Source: Trichinella spiralis
Taxonomy: Eukaryota
Length of the DNA: 64,000 nt
Direction: 5' to 3'
Assembly (NCBI RefSeq): GCF_000181795.1
Contig: NW_003526943.1
Span: forward strand, 1,304,487-1,368,486
The position numbers and the translations under genes are program-made. Under the pieces are notes generated by a model. The model saw only the letters and a list, made by a program, of their open reading frames with translations. It was not told where the DNA came from and ran no database searches. Shown piece by piece: positions 21,685 through 34,972 of this stretch (position 1 is the first letter of the stretch; the number at the start of each line of letters is the position of its first letter).

Positions 21685-23683
21685 ATGGAATGGTTGAGCT
21701 GTGACAGAATTTTTTCTTACATATTCATATCAGTGTTTATGCTAAATACAGTATTTGCTGGTTATCCAGTAATTGAAAGAGAAGTTGTATTTCCAGAAGA
21801 GGTTCTTAGCGTCAGTAAGTTTATGAAGATATAAAATGCAAAATTTGTATCATGTAAAATACTGAAATATTTTTCAATTTTATTTATATATTTTTTTTAA
21901 TTTAATGTATTTGTTCATGCCAACTATTGCGATGTTTTAAGGGTCATTTACTTATTTATTTAGATCCAATTAATAGGTGTGCTGGCGGTGCACCGTGCAA
22001 AGTTCCTGGATTCTTGAAACCTGAGACCAGTAGTTATTTTTGTCTTTTTCAATTTTGGTATTACAATTTTTGTATGTTTTAGAACCAATGACTTTAGAAT
22101 GCCCGCCAAGTATGCAAGGTGAGCAATGAATATGTAACAAATAATTTAGTTTCATATTAGAAAGCATTTTTTTAAGGTAAAGGCAATTGCGGAACAAGTT
22201 ATAATGGAGGCCTTGCAGTTCAACCGCAGTCAGCTGCTGCTCTAAGTAAATTATTTGCTTTTTGATAAACTTTTGAATCATTTTACATTAAATTTAGTAA
22301 ATATTTAGTTTACTCATTAATTCATTACTTTATATACATTAAGAGTTTCTAAGCAAATCTCTTTAACGAATATTATTGTAATTGAGCATATACTATTCAT
22401 TTATAAATTTATACATGTTCACAGTAAATCATTTATATCTTAAATATATATGCTATAATCTATACAATCATATATTATGCGAACAAATGAAGCAAAGAAT
22501 AATAACGAACTATTTTTCTGCTCTTTTAGCCCCAATTAATAACTGCGCACCTGGAAGTGCCCCTGTTCAACAAGAAGGTATGCTTCGCATTCAATAATTT
22601 CTGCATGTTTCCAAAATAAAGTTTTATTATAGCAGTTAATTTATGCTTATATAAAGCTATACATTTTGAAATAAAATTTAAATGAATTCTCAATGTAAAT
22701 TTTGCGTTAGACATTATGTTAAAGTTTTTTCATGATTTTCAGGTGGACTCGTAAATTGCGTTCCTTCTGCCATAGCAGGTACATTTTAAATGTTTGAAAA
22801 TTTGCTTATTTTGCTTAATGAATAAATCATTTAAGAAAGCCAACCAGCGCAGCCATCATACGGGGGAGGAATCGTAAACTGTGTTCCTGGTATGATTATT
22901 TTAGCTAAAACTAAAATCTGATTTTTTTTATTTTGATATGGATTTTATAATGCTTGATTTAAGCCCATGTTAGTATAAATTTAATTAATGTCATTTTGTA
23001 ATTAGTGGAACTAATTTTAAAACGTAAAATGTTCTTATCATGCAGTTTTAAGCAGAGTCGAATCAAATTTTGGTTGCATAAATTTCTTGAACATTAACAA
23101 TAGTCATACACTTATATATGCTTATTATTAAATGACAGGTTCATTCGGATGCTCAGTTCAGGCTGGTCCTACAGGTGGTCCAAGTTATGGTGGTGTTCCA
23201 CCTAGCCCAGCGTATCCTCCTGTTCCGAACCAAGGATATCCTGTCCAAGCTGCAAGACCAGTTCCTAGTAAGTGTAACATCCAGTACAACATTTTATCAA
23301 TGAATTAAATACACTTCTAAAATATAGGAAAGTAAAATAATTTGTTAAGATGATATTTCAAATGCTGAAATAACAATACAAATGAAATTAATATAAAAAA
23401 TAAGCAAAGTAAAAAATATATAAAGTAATGCATTACCGCTAGGATTCATTTATTGAAGCTTGCGTGATACAATAACATATTAAATAACTGAACGATGTTG
23501 TTTTTATTATTTTAGATTTTAAATTAAAGATGTTCAAAATTTCTATTTAAATTAATGCTTAGCTAAAAATGATGATTTTTTTACCTTATTTAATATAAAT
23601 ATGTTTCAGGTCCATATGGTCAACAACAGAAAGTAATGAAACTGATTTACCATCGTGGAAAATTAATGTATCAAAGGCAGTAA
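21685..23683 (+). CDS. Secreted Pro/Gly/Cys/Tyr-rich micro-exon protein (9 exons)
   Basis: Exons 21685-21814 (MEWLSCDRIFSYIFISVFMLNTVFA, signal-like), 21964-22029, 22083-22118, 22177-22245, 22530-22577, 22743-22778, 22836-22889, 23139-23267, 23610-23683. All phase 1; repeats PINxCA and GG(L/I)VNCVP; TATAA at 21640. Confidence 0.75.
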
Positions 23684-23917
23684 ACCTACTTTGACTGCCA
23701 TTTAAACGTTGATCATCATGATTACTTTTTTCACAGCTTAATCTCAGAGTGCTGCTCCCGTTTTCATTAACTATGAAATTTATTGTTGTAGATAAGTTTG
23801 TACTGCCATTTCTGATGATTTCATTGTCTTTCTGCTGTAGATTATTATTGCAAAGCTTTTAAATAAAAATATACATGCTTGTAAAATTTTTATTTTACTT
23901 AAAAATTCAGATATTTT

Positions 23918-25997
23918 TTACAGACGTATGACAGTTGAACGAGAGCGTCTGATAAGTTTCTTGAAATGAGTTATCATTTCAAGCAAAAATACAAAGCAGC
24001 TAAATATTGTTCCTAGAAGCCAAAGCCAAAATACTCCTTGAGCTTCGTCTAAATTTAAAGGAGTTTCTGTTAATCCGTCTCCATGCAGATTTTGGCGGCA
24101 TATCATATCTTTTTTGGAACTTTCTAGAAATACATGGAATTCACGCTGTATTTTTTTTATGAAGCCAGACTGAAGAAGCAATTCAATTCTAAAATGCTTA
24201 AAAAGTTAAATGCAAATAATTTCAATTACACTTCTGCAAACTGTACTGTTCTGAAAATTCTTTCAAAAGTGGAAAGTTTTTTCTTGTGCAAATTGAACAC
24301 CAAAACGAACTAAGACTTTTCTTTACTATAGTAACTCGGCAGTCACTTGCAGCGAGCACCAATAATGGCTCTCTAGGAGCAATGAGTACTGTTTTAGGTT
24401 GATTTATTATTAAATCTTTTCCATCTTGGAATGATGAAACATTGATCCACTTTTTGTTTATGCTCATTTCATGCCAAATCTTTTTCAAATTATCTTTCAA
24501 TGAATCCTATCAACTTTTTATTAATAATTCTAAAATGCATTGGATATTTTAAATTTACTTTAATGTATAAGTGTGATGAAGATGAACTTTCTGTTACAAT
24601 TTTATATCCTGAATGTTGGACCAAATATGCCAGTTCATCGAGTGTGTAGAATGGAAATCTTTCCCTTCCTGATGAAAGTGTCATTAGCATGCCACCAGAA
24701 TAAATAGCCAACAAAGTAATTGACCAAAGCCACCATAAAGAAACAAACATCCTGCCAGTAAAAGAATTTGGAGTTTTCCACAAGCCTAAAGTGAAAAAGA
24801 TTATTATTTTTTATAGAAAATACTAAATAACAAAATACATGAAATTTGGTATACCTTGCTGCAAAAATATTGAGCAAAATACCCAACATGCATCTAGAAA
24901 TGTGTATTGTTGCTCATTGTTTCTTTTCAAACTATGACAAATAATGTAGAAAATGCATCCTGAAAATAATACAAGAGCTGCAACCATTGACCATGCTGTA
25001 ATATTGAATGCAGCCGTAAGTATGAAAAATGTATTATCGGTGAATGTATTTGGAGAACGAATTAAAATAGCGTAATCAGATTGAAACAAAGGTTTTGTAT
25101 AATCTGCAACATCTAGATGATCAAATGTTACTTCTGTTGGTATTCCAAGAATGTCCACTTCCTAAAATTCTAGTTTGTTTGGCAAATCAGGCATTAGGCT
25201 AATTTTTGTTTTAGAATATCATCTTACCTCATTCTTGAGCAATTTTAGCAAACCTGTCCAAGTACCATTTTCAAAACTTCCCAACTGATTTTCCGTGTGA
25301 TTTACAATTTCATATCTATAACCATCATATTTACCATGGATCATAATAAAAAAATATTTCAAACTTGATGTTTAACATGCGGCCAAGCTCTTTTAAAATA
25401 CTCCATACTAGATCATACTTATTTTCAGAAAATTTTGTAGCTTCACTTAAATTTGTTTGAATTTGTCCGTATAACCATGGCTAAAAAGTACTGATTAGGT
25501 AGCAGAAAATATCTCGAATAACATTTAGGGAAAAAGAAGTTTGCAAAAAATGTATTCATTTTTCAGTTGTATTATATTACTACTTTATTCATTATGTTTA
25601 ATATATCAGCATATCATTGCAAATAGAACCAAATTTAAGTTTTATTGAAGACTGTTGAAAGCTATGAAATGATTGCATAAAACTTAAATGCACCTTAATT
25701 GGAATAATGCTGATCTGAATACAATAAATACTGCACAAAAGCAATATATTGTTTATATTGTTATTATTAACATAAAAGTGCAATTTACATCGAAAAAATG
25801 TAACTTTTTATCAAGTGTAATTCTACATATCATACAAACGTTTAGATTAATATTATCTTATATCAAATTGATTTCTACAATAAAATCGTAAAATTATAAA
25901 AATGGAAGAGAGTTATCATGCAACTTACAGAAATTGTTGCAACTTTGATTGTCTTAGTCGCATTATTTACGTGTGGTTCAAGAGAAATATTGGTCAT
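23918..25997 (-). CDS. Divergent ionotropic glutamate receptor family member (IR-like: S1-M1-P-M3-S2-M4, no ATD)
   Basis: KTIKVATI, GSFENGTWTGLLKLLKNEEVDI, DYTKPL, AFNITAW (M1), FLDACWVFCSIFLQQG (pore), PNSFTGRMFVSLWWLWSITLLAIYSG (M3), LLLQSGFIKK, PLNLDEAQGVFWLWLLG (M4); about 7 exons. Confidence 0.85.
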
Positions 25998-27350
25998 TTT
26001 TCAACCTGAAAAGCATATAAGTTTAATTTTGCTTCAGTTTTTATTTACTGCTTGCAGATTAAAAATTATAGCAATATGTTAACAAAAAAGAGTTAAAGAA
26101 TTGCAATGTGCTGCATAAAGTAAAAGGTGATTCAGTTTAATGATGCTGTGATAATTGAACGTACTGAACATGTAATTATAAAAGAATTTGAAACATGTAT
26201 ATAAACTTGCTAATTTCATTATTACACATGCATATTATTGATATGAATATTATATGCAAGAGTAGCGCCAACTTGCATTCTCAATCAGCAGTCATCTGAT
26301 GTAAAGTGAAAATAGTTCTAAACGAGATGTGCAATTTTACCTGGATGTTGCCAATGTTTCAGATCAATGATGGCAATGTGATATAGTTGTCAATTAAAAC
26401 AATGCTATTTCCTGAAGAGTGCCCAGTAAAAGGAAAGTAAACAGTTTCATCAGATCAATAATTTCGTATATCCATAATGTGACAAGCAAAAGAAAGTGTT
26501 GCCAATTTCAAAGCAAACATGATGATCAATGAAATGCTAGTTAATTTTTAATTTTCTAGATATTGTTTATATCCATTTACGAGATAGGTGAAAAACAGTC
26601 ACTTGATTTGATTTAAGCAACAACTAATATTATGAATGATTTTAATATAAATAAAATTGAAAAAAATTCCAATTAAAATGCTGTCATTAGAGACATGCAT
26701 GAAATGCTTAAATTGTAAAAAACACTTTATGTTTTGTTTCAATTCATAAGAAAGCCATATTTTGTATATTTTAATTTTATATTGCTTTACAAGTGTTCAA
26801 AAGCTAGTCGTCATTTTCCTTTATCACTTATTTTACATTTTTAAAAGCTTCATGGTACTCTTTCAGTTCTATAAAATTATAATGATATGTTTTATCACAC
26901 TTCTGTAAACATTTCATTTGTTTATTTCTTTAAAAATGCTAGTGCCATAATAGCTGCTGAAAGCATTATGATTTATTTGTAGAATTACTCATAGAAACAT
27001 GCTTGAATCATATATAATAGACATTCGTTTTGGTCTAGTTCACGCTTTTCTCATTCACTAGGTCACGGGAGGACAAGAAAGTGTGCAACAGCACCAGTCT
27101 ACTATTATTGAACTACAATTTTTGAAAAATTTTAAACTTTTACAATAAAAATATTGCTTTTGCGCAATATTTGTGATATAACATTTATTTTGCTAAACAA
27201 AATTAAGAATATCCAGCATGTTCAACAGCAAACTTATAAGCACATTGCAAAACAAAATTTTAACCTGAAAATCATTGCATATTCACTTATGGTATTTGTA
27301 TTTCTTACACTGGCTTAAATAAAAAAAAATCTACTTATTACTGACGAAAT

Positions 27351-30279
27351 ATGCGAAATCGAAAAGTAATTTACAATTTACTTTTCATATTATTCTTGGA
27401 CATCATTGCCTTTTCATCAATTCTGCCACTATTTCCATCTATATTAAATTATTATGCAACAAAATCTCTTAAAGTATTTTAAATTATCAATTATATTTAC
27501 AATTAGTTAACATTCTTTGTACTACAGGGTGATTTGTATGAAATTTTGAGCAATACAATAAAAATTTATTGTCAAGCGATTGGTTTGCCAGACAATGAAC
27601 GGCTGATTTCAGTATTTTTTGGAGGTAAAATTTTCATTTGTGTCATACTTAATTTTTAAAAAATCCAAATTTCCAATGTTCAGGTGCGCTTGGTTCTCTT
27701 TTCAGTGGTCTACAGTTCATTTCATCGCCTTGGTTCGGTGCCATGTCAGATATATATGGTCGAAAATGGATGCTTCTTATAAGTTTGGTATGTGGTAGTG
27801 AAATTAATGTTAAAATTTTCAACTTTTATTAAATTTTATTTTTAAATGTTTGAATGAGTATTTTAAAAGGTGAATACTGTAATGCTTCTGAGAGGGAAAA
27901 TATGCGATATGCAACTGCACATTGCTTACTATTATTGCTTGCGGCTTTGCCATATAAAACAAAACTAACTTTACTCCTTATTCCTCAGATCAGTTTCTCA
28001 TTCACGTGCATGTCAATATCCCTATCATCATGCACATAAATGATTCAGAACTTTAATAAGCAGTTCATGTTTCAAATTATGTTAGTTCAATGTAAAATAC
28101 TAAATTCCGTACTTATAATTTTTGATAATTTAAAAAATATTCAGATCATAAAAAATAGTTGTAATAATAAACGTACAAATGCATGCAGATACTAATATCA
28201 GTGCATTTATGAATGTTACGTGATTAATGAAATATAAATATTAGTGTAATTTATTCTATAGATAATTAAAAGTTTTATAAGATTGATGAAATTTAGTTTT
28301 ACAAAATTTATTACAATTTTTGGAATAGCAATCCATGTTTCAGAGAAAATGAAATGTTAATTTCCTGCAGTAGTACTGCAAACAATAGCTGAATTAACTT
28401 TTATTTAAAGTCTGCCACGTTAAAAATACTGCATTAATAGTTCATTTGATTATATTTTTATTCCATCAAACAAATAGAAAGTCATTTAAACCGTGTTATG
28501 AAATTAATACTTGTCTGCAATATTTTTGCTTTTTTAAAGGAAAAATTTTGAAGCTGTTAAAGTGAATAACAAAAAAGTATAACTTATAAATTGTTATGTC
28601 CAAGATGAAGATGGTTTCGTTTGTACAACATGTTTGTTTGATAGGCAGGGACTTTTACTTCTTATTTATTATGGTCTTGTGCATCATCATTTGGAATTTT
28701 TATGCTGAGCCGCATAATTGGTGGACTTAGCAAAGCCAGTACCTCGATTTCAATTGCAATTGTTGCAGATTTATTTCCTCCAGAAGAACGTGGAAAAGGA
28801 ATGGTACTGCTTAATTTTTTAATTATAAAGGAACTCATATTGAATAACCCTTATAATATTTAGGCGTTTGTGGGCTTGGCTTTTTCAAGCGGTTTTGTTA
28901 TTGGTCCAACTTTAGGCGCCATTGCTGCTTACTGGAACAGAATGAAAACAATATCCGTATTCACACCGGCTTATTTTGCTTTACTTATTACAAGTATTGA
29001 ATTTTTGTGGGTTTGGATTTTTCTAAAGGAAACTCTGCCAGAAGTCAAAAAAGTATTTATTCTATGAAAAAGTTTACAAAATAATTTTCATTTTTTAATT
29101 TTTCGTTTTAGAAAAAACACAGAAACTTGGCTTTCCCGCAATTCTTTTCTTACATAAATCCAGCGTCATTATTTGTTTTCAAGCCACTTGAAGAAAGAAT
29201 AGAACAAAAAGGTTTGCAAAACTGTTTAATGTCAATAAGATATGTTTCATTTAAAACCAATGTTTCTATTATTCTTTAGTTTAGCTTTGAAATTATGATA
29301 ATTATTAAAACATTATTATACATTCAGTCGAAATTAGGGGAAAACGTTTAATTTTAATTCTCATTGTTGGTGATTTTTTTGTAATAATTAATTTACTTTT
29401 GCACTTTTGCAAAAATTAACAAACAATTTGTTTAGTTCATCAAAAAATCAAACGTACTGGTCTTGTGTACTTCCTCTTCTTGTTTATTTATTCCGGCTTA
29501 GAATTTACTTTGACGTTTTTTGCTCACGAAAGATTTAATTTTAACAGGTAAAGATTCACATTTTAAAATGTTCTAATAATTCAATTTCAGCATGCAACAA
29601 GGGAAAATGTTTTTCTACATTGGAATTATCATGATAATCATACAAGGTCAATAACTACAAAAAATATTTCAAGTTCTGTCTAAATTATAAATTTAGGAGG
29701 TTATGTGCGAAAAATCAAAACAGAGAAGCAAAAGGCAACGGCCTCAAAAGTTACGCACAATTATTAAACGAAGACTTTTTAAACAATTATTATTAAGGGT
29801 ATTACTGTATCGCTCATATCCTTCTTGGCAATTTCCTTGGCTTGGAATGTATATTATTTTTATGGCGGCTTAACGCTATATTCTTTGGGTAAGGTTTTGG
29901 AAATATTTTGCAACTCTAATTCAACATCTGCATGCAATATAGCTTCTGGAATTGTTGTCCCGTGCTTAACTACAGAAGTATCTTCACAAGGTATTTTCAG
30001 TCGTATGTCATTTGAATTTTTTAATGTTTTTTATTCAATTTTTTGAAACAGTCTCACCGACAGAAAAGGGAAGTGTGCTTGGAATTTTTCGTGCATTGGG
30101 ATCTCTGGCCAGAGCAATTGGACCAGTGTGCGCAAGTACAGGTTTGTTTTGTGATGAAGCAAAATAAACAGTATCTTTTCCAAAAATTTATATTTGCAGT
30201 TTTTTGGTTATTTGGAGACACAATAACATACATCATTGGAGGATTATTAATGGTCATTCCATTATACTTGAATATTTAA
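27351..30279 (+). CDS. MFSD10: MFS transporter MFSD10/TETRAN-like
   Basis: LFLDIIAFSSILPLFPSIL, GALGSLFSGLQFISSPWFGAMSDIYGRK (motif A), SRIIGGLSKA, ERGKGMAFVGLAFSSGFVIGPTLG, YSGLEFTLTF, QQGKMFFYIGIIM, GIFRALGSLARAIGP. Confidence 0.88.
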
Positions 30280-31118
30280 TATGAGAAAAAAGAAAATTCT
30301 GCATTTTAAGAAATCTTTTCCAAATGGCAAACTTTTAAATTTGTCAAATTTTCCAAGAAAATATAAATTTGTTTCATATTTACATGCTCACAAAAATTCG
30401 GCTAATATTGTTTGGTCAATAACAGTTGAGCACTGTTTTTCATTTAAAAGTAGTGCAATAAATATGAATGCCATATAACAAAATGCTAAATTATTGTCAC
30501 AAATCAAAAATAAAGGTAAAACCACAAACCTAAAATATTTCCAATTTTAAATTCAACTTTAGACAGTTGTACTACTGGCCTATATTGAAATATCTTTAAA
30601 TGATCAATTATGCAATGAAATAAATTTTTCATCGAGGAATCCCAGAGCAGAAGTAAATGAAAATTTTTTGAAATGAAGAATAAATTAATAAACATGATTA
30701 GGAGAAGATGATTTATTAAAGATAATGAATGTTGAAAATAGTTTCCGTCTAAATTAAAACAGAAGAAAATTACTTTTGTCGTTGCTATTCTTATACCTTT
30801 ACCTGATTTCTTTAAAACCTTCATTTCAAATGTACTGCTTTGCGAGTTAAGCAGCTAAATGTCTAATGCATTTTATTCCATTTTGTCATTTAATCTCCTT
30901 TCAAAATATATCATCTACTAGAATTTTGTATATTTATATTTATATCATTCTATGATTAACACTTGATTATAGGTTTGTCATCTTACTGTATAACCTTTGA
31001 AGTTTGGTTTTCCTTTGTCTTTCTTTGTTTGAAATGAACAAAGAAAACTACTAGCTTCTATTATTTTACGTGCAGTACAGTGTCCAGCATTGTGTTCATT
31101 TTTTACTGCATCGTTGAT

Positions 31119-33795
31119 ATGCAGATATTCTATTTTTATCATCCAGAATTGTTTATTTGTGCATTTTCTGTTTGTTTCATTCTAATGCTTATCATTGCAT
31201 TCTTCATCATTCTGATGGCAGCTTTTGGAAAATCAACTGGACTTAGACGAATGTATGTTAATACTTTGCTGCGAATTTTTCAAGTATGTATTTTATTGTT
31301 TCATCTGTTTACAATGATTTGCAACTAATTTATGACAGTTTTCTCAGCAATCTGCAATTGTACAATTTATAAATTTCAGTGATTAATGTTTTTTATTTTA
31401 CTTGAAACTATTTTATGGTAAAAATTTTCAAGTAGGAATAATGGCAGATAGCTAACTTTGTTTTTGTTAATACGTAATCGATTTAATCTAAGATTGATTT
31501 ACATGATTTGCATGTTGATTTTGTACATTCAAACGTTGTTTTTCCAATTTTTTGCTTTTAATTTCAGCTCAACTTATTTATTTTTATTTTCAGTGGGTTC
31601 ATTGGAACATTATATCATCAAGTCAAATATACGAAAAGTGTGACAGCTCAGATGAAGAATTTGACGAAAATCATGAACGCGCGTCTATTTTTCTCAATGG
31701 TTCAATTGATGCAAAGCAGAGTCAGTTCTGACGTTTCCTTTTATAATTGATCTTCAATTTTTTGCATTATTGTTTTATTTTCTGAAAAAAAATCTGCATA
31801 TGATAATTTTGTATAATTTTATGTTATTGAACTCGGTTATCACAGTGAATGTTTAACTAGAAGTGAATTTCACTTTTTTCGGGGTAGACCCGATTTCCCA
31901 AACAATAAACAGTATGATTTAATGGTTCATAATGGGAAATTTTTGCAATCTTCGATTTTTTTTGATTTGATTCATAAATTTGTTTCAGTTTGATAGGTTG
32001 ATTTTTCTTTCAGATCATTTAATAGAACGAGAAGCATCTGAACATCTGATAAATAAAATGTATGAAGAGCCCAGCGGTTGTGCCGTCACTACTGTTGTAC
32101 AAGACGCCTTGGATTTTACTAAAGTAATATATATTTATATAATATTGTTTTTGAATTATGAATGCAAGTTTATTAATTTAGGCAGGTATTGAAGCAATAA
32201 TAGAAGATGATGTCACTTCTCGTTTCAGCGCAGCTGAGTTGACTTCGTGGAATTTGCTCACACGCAGTAGTTACGGTTATCATCTTTTAAAGTCAGTGTT
32301 GTTTTTCTGTTTATGAATTGTTTGCAATTGAATTTTCTTGTATTCTGCTGCAAATGACGATTTAATTTTTAGCTGGAAGCTTGGTTTGTTGTGGGGATTT
32401 GGCTTAATTATTCGTTATTTTGTTATTTTTCCAATTAAGTGAGTTTTATCGTTCGTTTTATTGTGTATTGACGATACTGATTTATGCTTTGTTTTGTATG
32501 CATACAGTTTAACTATACTTGTCATCGCACTTTTTATTCTAATCGCAACTGGATGCACCATCACGTTTATTCGTGATGAACAGTAAGTCGATGCGATTGG
32601 TGATATTTTTGATTGTTTTTTAAAAAAAAGCATTAATATTTTTAGAAAAAAACGGAAAATCAGTCGTTCGATGAGTTTAGTATGCTATCGAATATTGCTT
32701 CAAGCTTGTTCTGGCGTTGTCACCTTTCACAACAGGTTCTGTTATGAATTTTGAAGGCTGCGAAAAGATTTGCAAATTTGAAAATCTTTTTGTAGACACA
32801 ATTCAGCGAAGCCTGGTGGAATTTGCGTAGCTAATCATACTTCACCAATCGACGCTCTAGTGCTCGCCTGCGACAATTGTTATGCCTTTGTATGATTGAA
32901 TATTGCTTCAGCAGTTGTTATTAATATTCTGCTTTAATTTTCTTTTGATTAACGTTTGCTTTCAAGGTCGGCCAACGGCAAGGCGGTTTTTTAGGTTTTA
33001 TCCAGAATAGTCTGCTGAAATTAGATGCACATATTTGGTTTGATCGTGAAGAAGGCAGTGACAAGCTGCTCGTGAGAAACAGGTTTGTTTATTTATTTAT
33101 ACGAATTATTTTGACGTGGAATAATTTCAGATTGCGAGAACATGTTCAAGATCACAGCAAATTGCCAATTTTGATTTTTCCCGAAGGAACATGCATCAAC
33201 AACACGTCTGTGATGATGTTTAGGAAAGGTTCATTCGAAGTGGGCGACGTCATTTATCCCGTGGCGATCAAATACGATGCTCGTTTTGGTGACGCGTTTT
33301 GGAATAGCTCGAAAGTATCGTATTTTGAATATCTGATGATGATGATGACCAGCTGGGCATTGGTGTGTGATGTTTGGTATTTGCCGCCGATGGTTAGACA
33401 GGTGATTTGTTTTTTTATTTTGCAAATTTAAATTTCCACTCTTTCATATGATTGATTATTTTGCTTTTCAAGGACGGAGAAGATGCAATTGCGTTTGCTA
33501 GTCGTGTGAAAAAAGCAATCGCCAAAGCTGGTGGACTTGTGGAATTGGAATGGTAACATTATATTGATTTCTGTATTATCAATATTGCTACTGTTGTTGT
33601 TGTTGTTGTTGTTGTGCATTTTATTAAAAATATAATAGTATATGCATATTAAGGGATGGTCAGTTGAAGAGACATTTCGTCAAATCAGAAGTAATTGACA
33701 AGCAAAGGCAAAAGTACAGCGAACGAATCATGCGGGTCCAATTGGACGACGATGTATCCCATATGCTTCACTGTAAAAATAGCGAAGAATATTAA
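31119..33795 (+). CDS. Glycerol-3-phosphate acyltransferase GPAT3/4 (AGPAT9/6) family
   Basis: AGIEAIIEDDVTSRFSAAELTSWNLLTR, GICVANHTSPID (HxxxxD), IFPEGTCINNTSVMMFRKGSF, YDARFGDAFWNS, MMTSWALVCDVWYLPP, WDGQLKR. Confidence 0.92.
33593..33615. repeat. (TTG)n microsatellite in a GPAT intron
   Basis: Directly visible trinucleotide run. Confidence 0.9.
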
Positions 33796-34972
33796 ATTCG
33801 ATGAATTTGGTGGATTTTCCATTTTACTCGATCATCGAATGTTCAGTTATTTTGCATCGGTCAGGGGGTTGTTAGATAGCAGAAGAAAAAAAAAATTTTC
33901 CCCTACACACCTCATTGCGGCAACATCTCCAACTGTCTCTTCCTCCTCCTTTCTACATGCACCAGTTGTTTTGCGCTTGCCACTTTTGCACTTCACTGTA
34001 TTGAACAGTTGGAAAGAGGTATATTGATTTTTTTTTCATCATGGCAAACAGCAAACAGGCAAAAACTTAAGAAGATTTATTTATTTATATATATATTTTT
34101 TTTTGGCATTCTGATGTACTGCTTTGTTTCTATTTTAGAAATATACATTTTCTTCTACTGTATTTAAAAATGGAGTATTCTGTAATGTAAGCTTTGTTCA
34201 ATTCTGTGCAAAAACAAAACGAATAAACAAACAAAAACTATATTTCTCTCTTATTGTCAATCTATTTTTATTTGAAAAAAAATGTTAATTATTACAGAAG
34301 AAATGCAGACGTACAATGTAATGGTAAAATCAAAAGTCGCACTGTACTGTATGAATAATCTTTTGAATTTGTTTGTCTGCCCTTGAACGTGAAGAAGTAG
34401 TTCGTTTAATTTGAAACTTTTTATTTAGATAAAAATACGAAATAGGACATTCATGCATCATTTAAAATATTTATTTTCAAACATCTATATACACTTTTGT
34501 GAACGTTTAGTTCAATGTTTTACAATTTTACTTGATATTCTACAGTATTCCTAAATTTTTCCAACATGTTTTCAGCATGCTTCATTTGAAAAATTGCATA
34601 TATATATATATAATTAAAAATTCTGTACTGTGACTTTTTTGAAATAATTTCTTTTCATCATTTTATTATTTTATATTTTTTTATGAATGTAAAAAAATTT
34701 TTTTCTTACAAGTAAATCAGTTGGCAGTATTTCGCGTGAAGTGAAGAACATTTAGCACATGTAATATGCATTTAGAAAAAATGCTATTTTCATTTCAGTT
34801 ATTGAAATTTCAACTTGTTCAATGCAGGAACATTGTGAACTTGATGTTAAAATTAAGAAAGTTTATAAAACTTTTTCCATATTATAAATTCATTCTTTTA
34901 TGTGTAAAAATTTGTTTAGAATTTGTGTGTGTGTGTTTTGTCTTCATTTTGTGTGGTTATTATTCCTCCATT

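Noticed and set aside
34766..34972. Longer ZDHHC16 start from ORF 34766
   Set aside because: AT-rich and intron-like; family similarity begins after ATG 34973.
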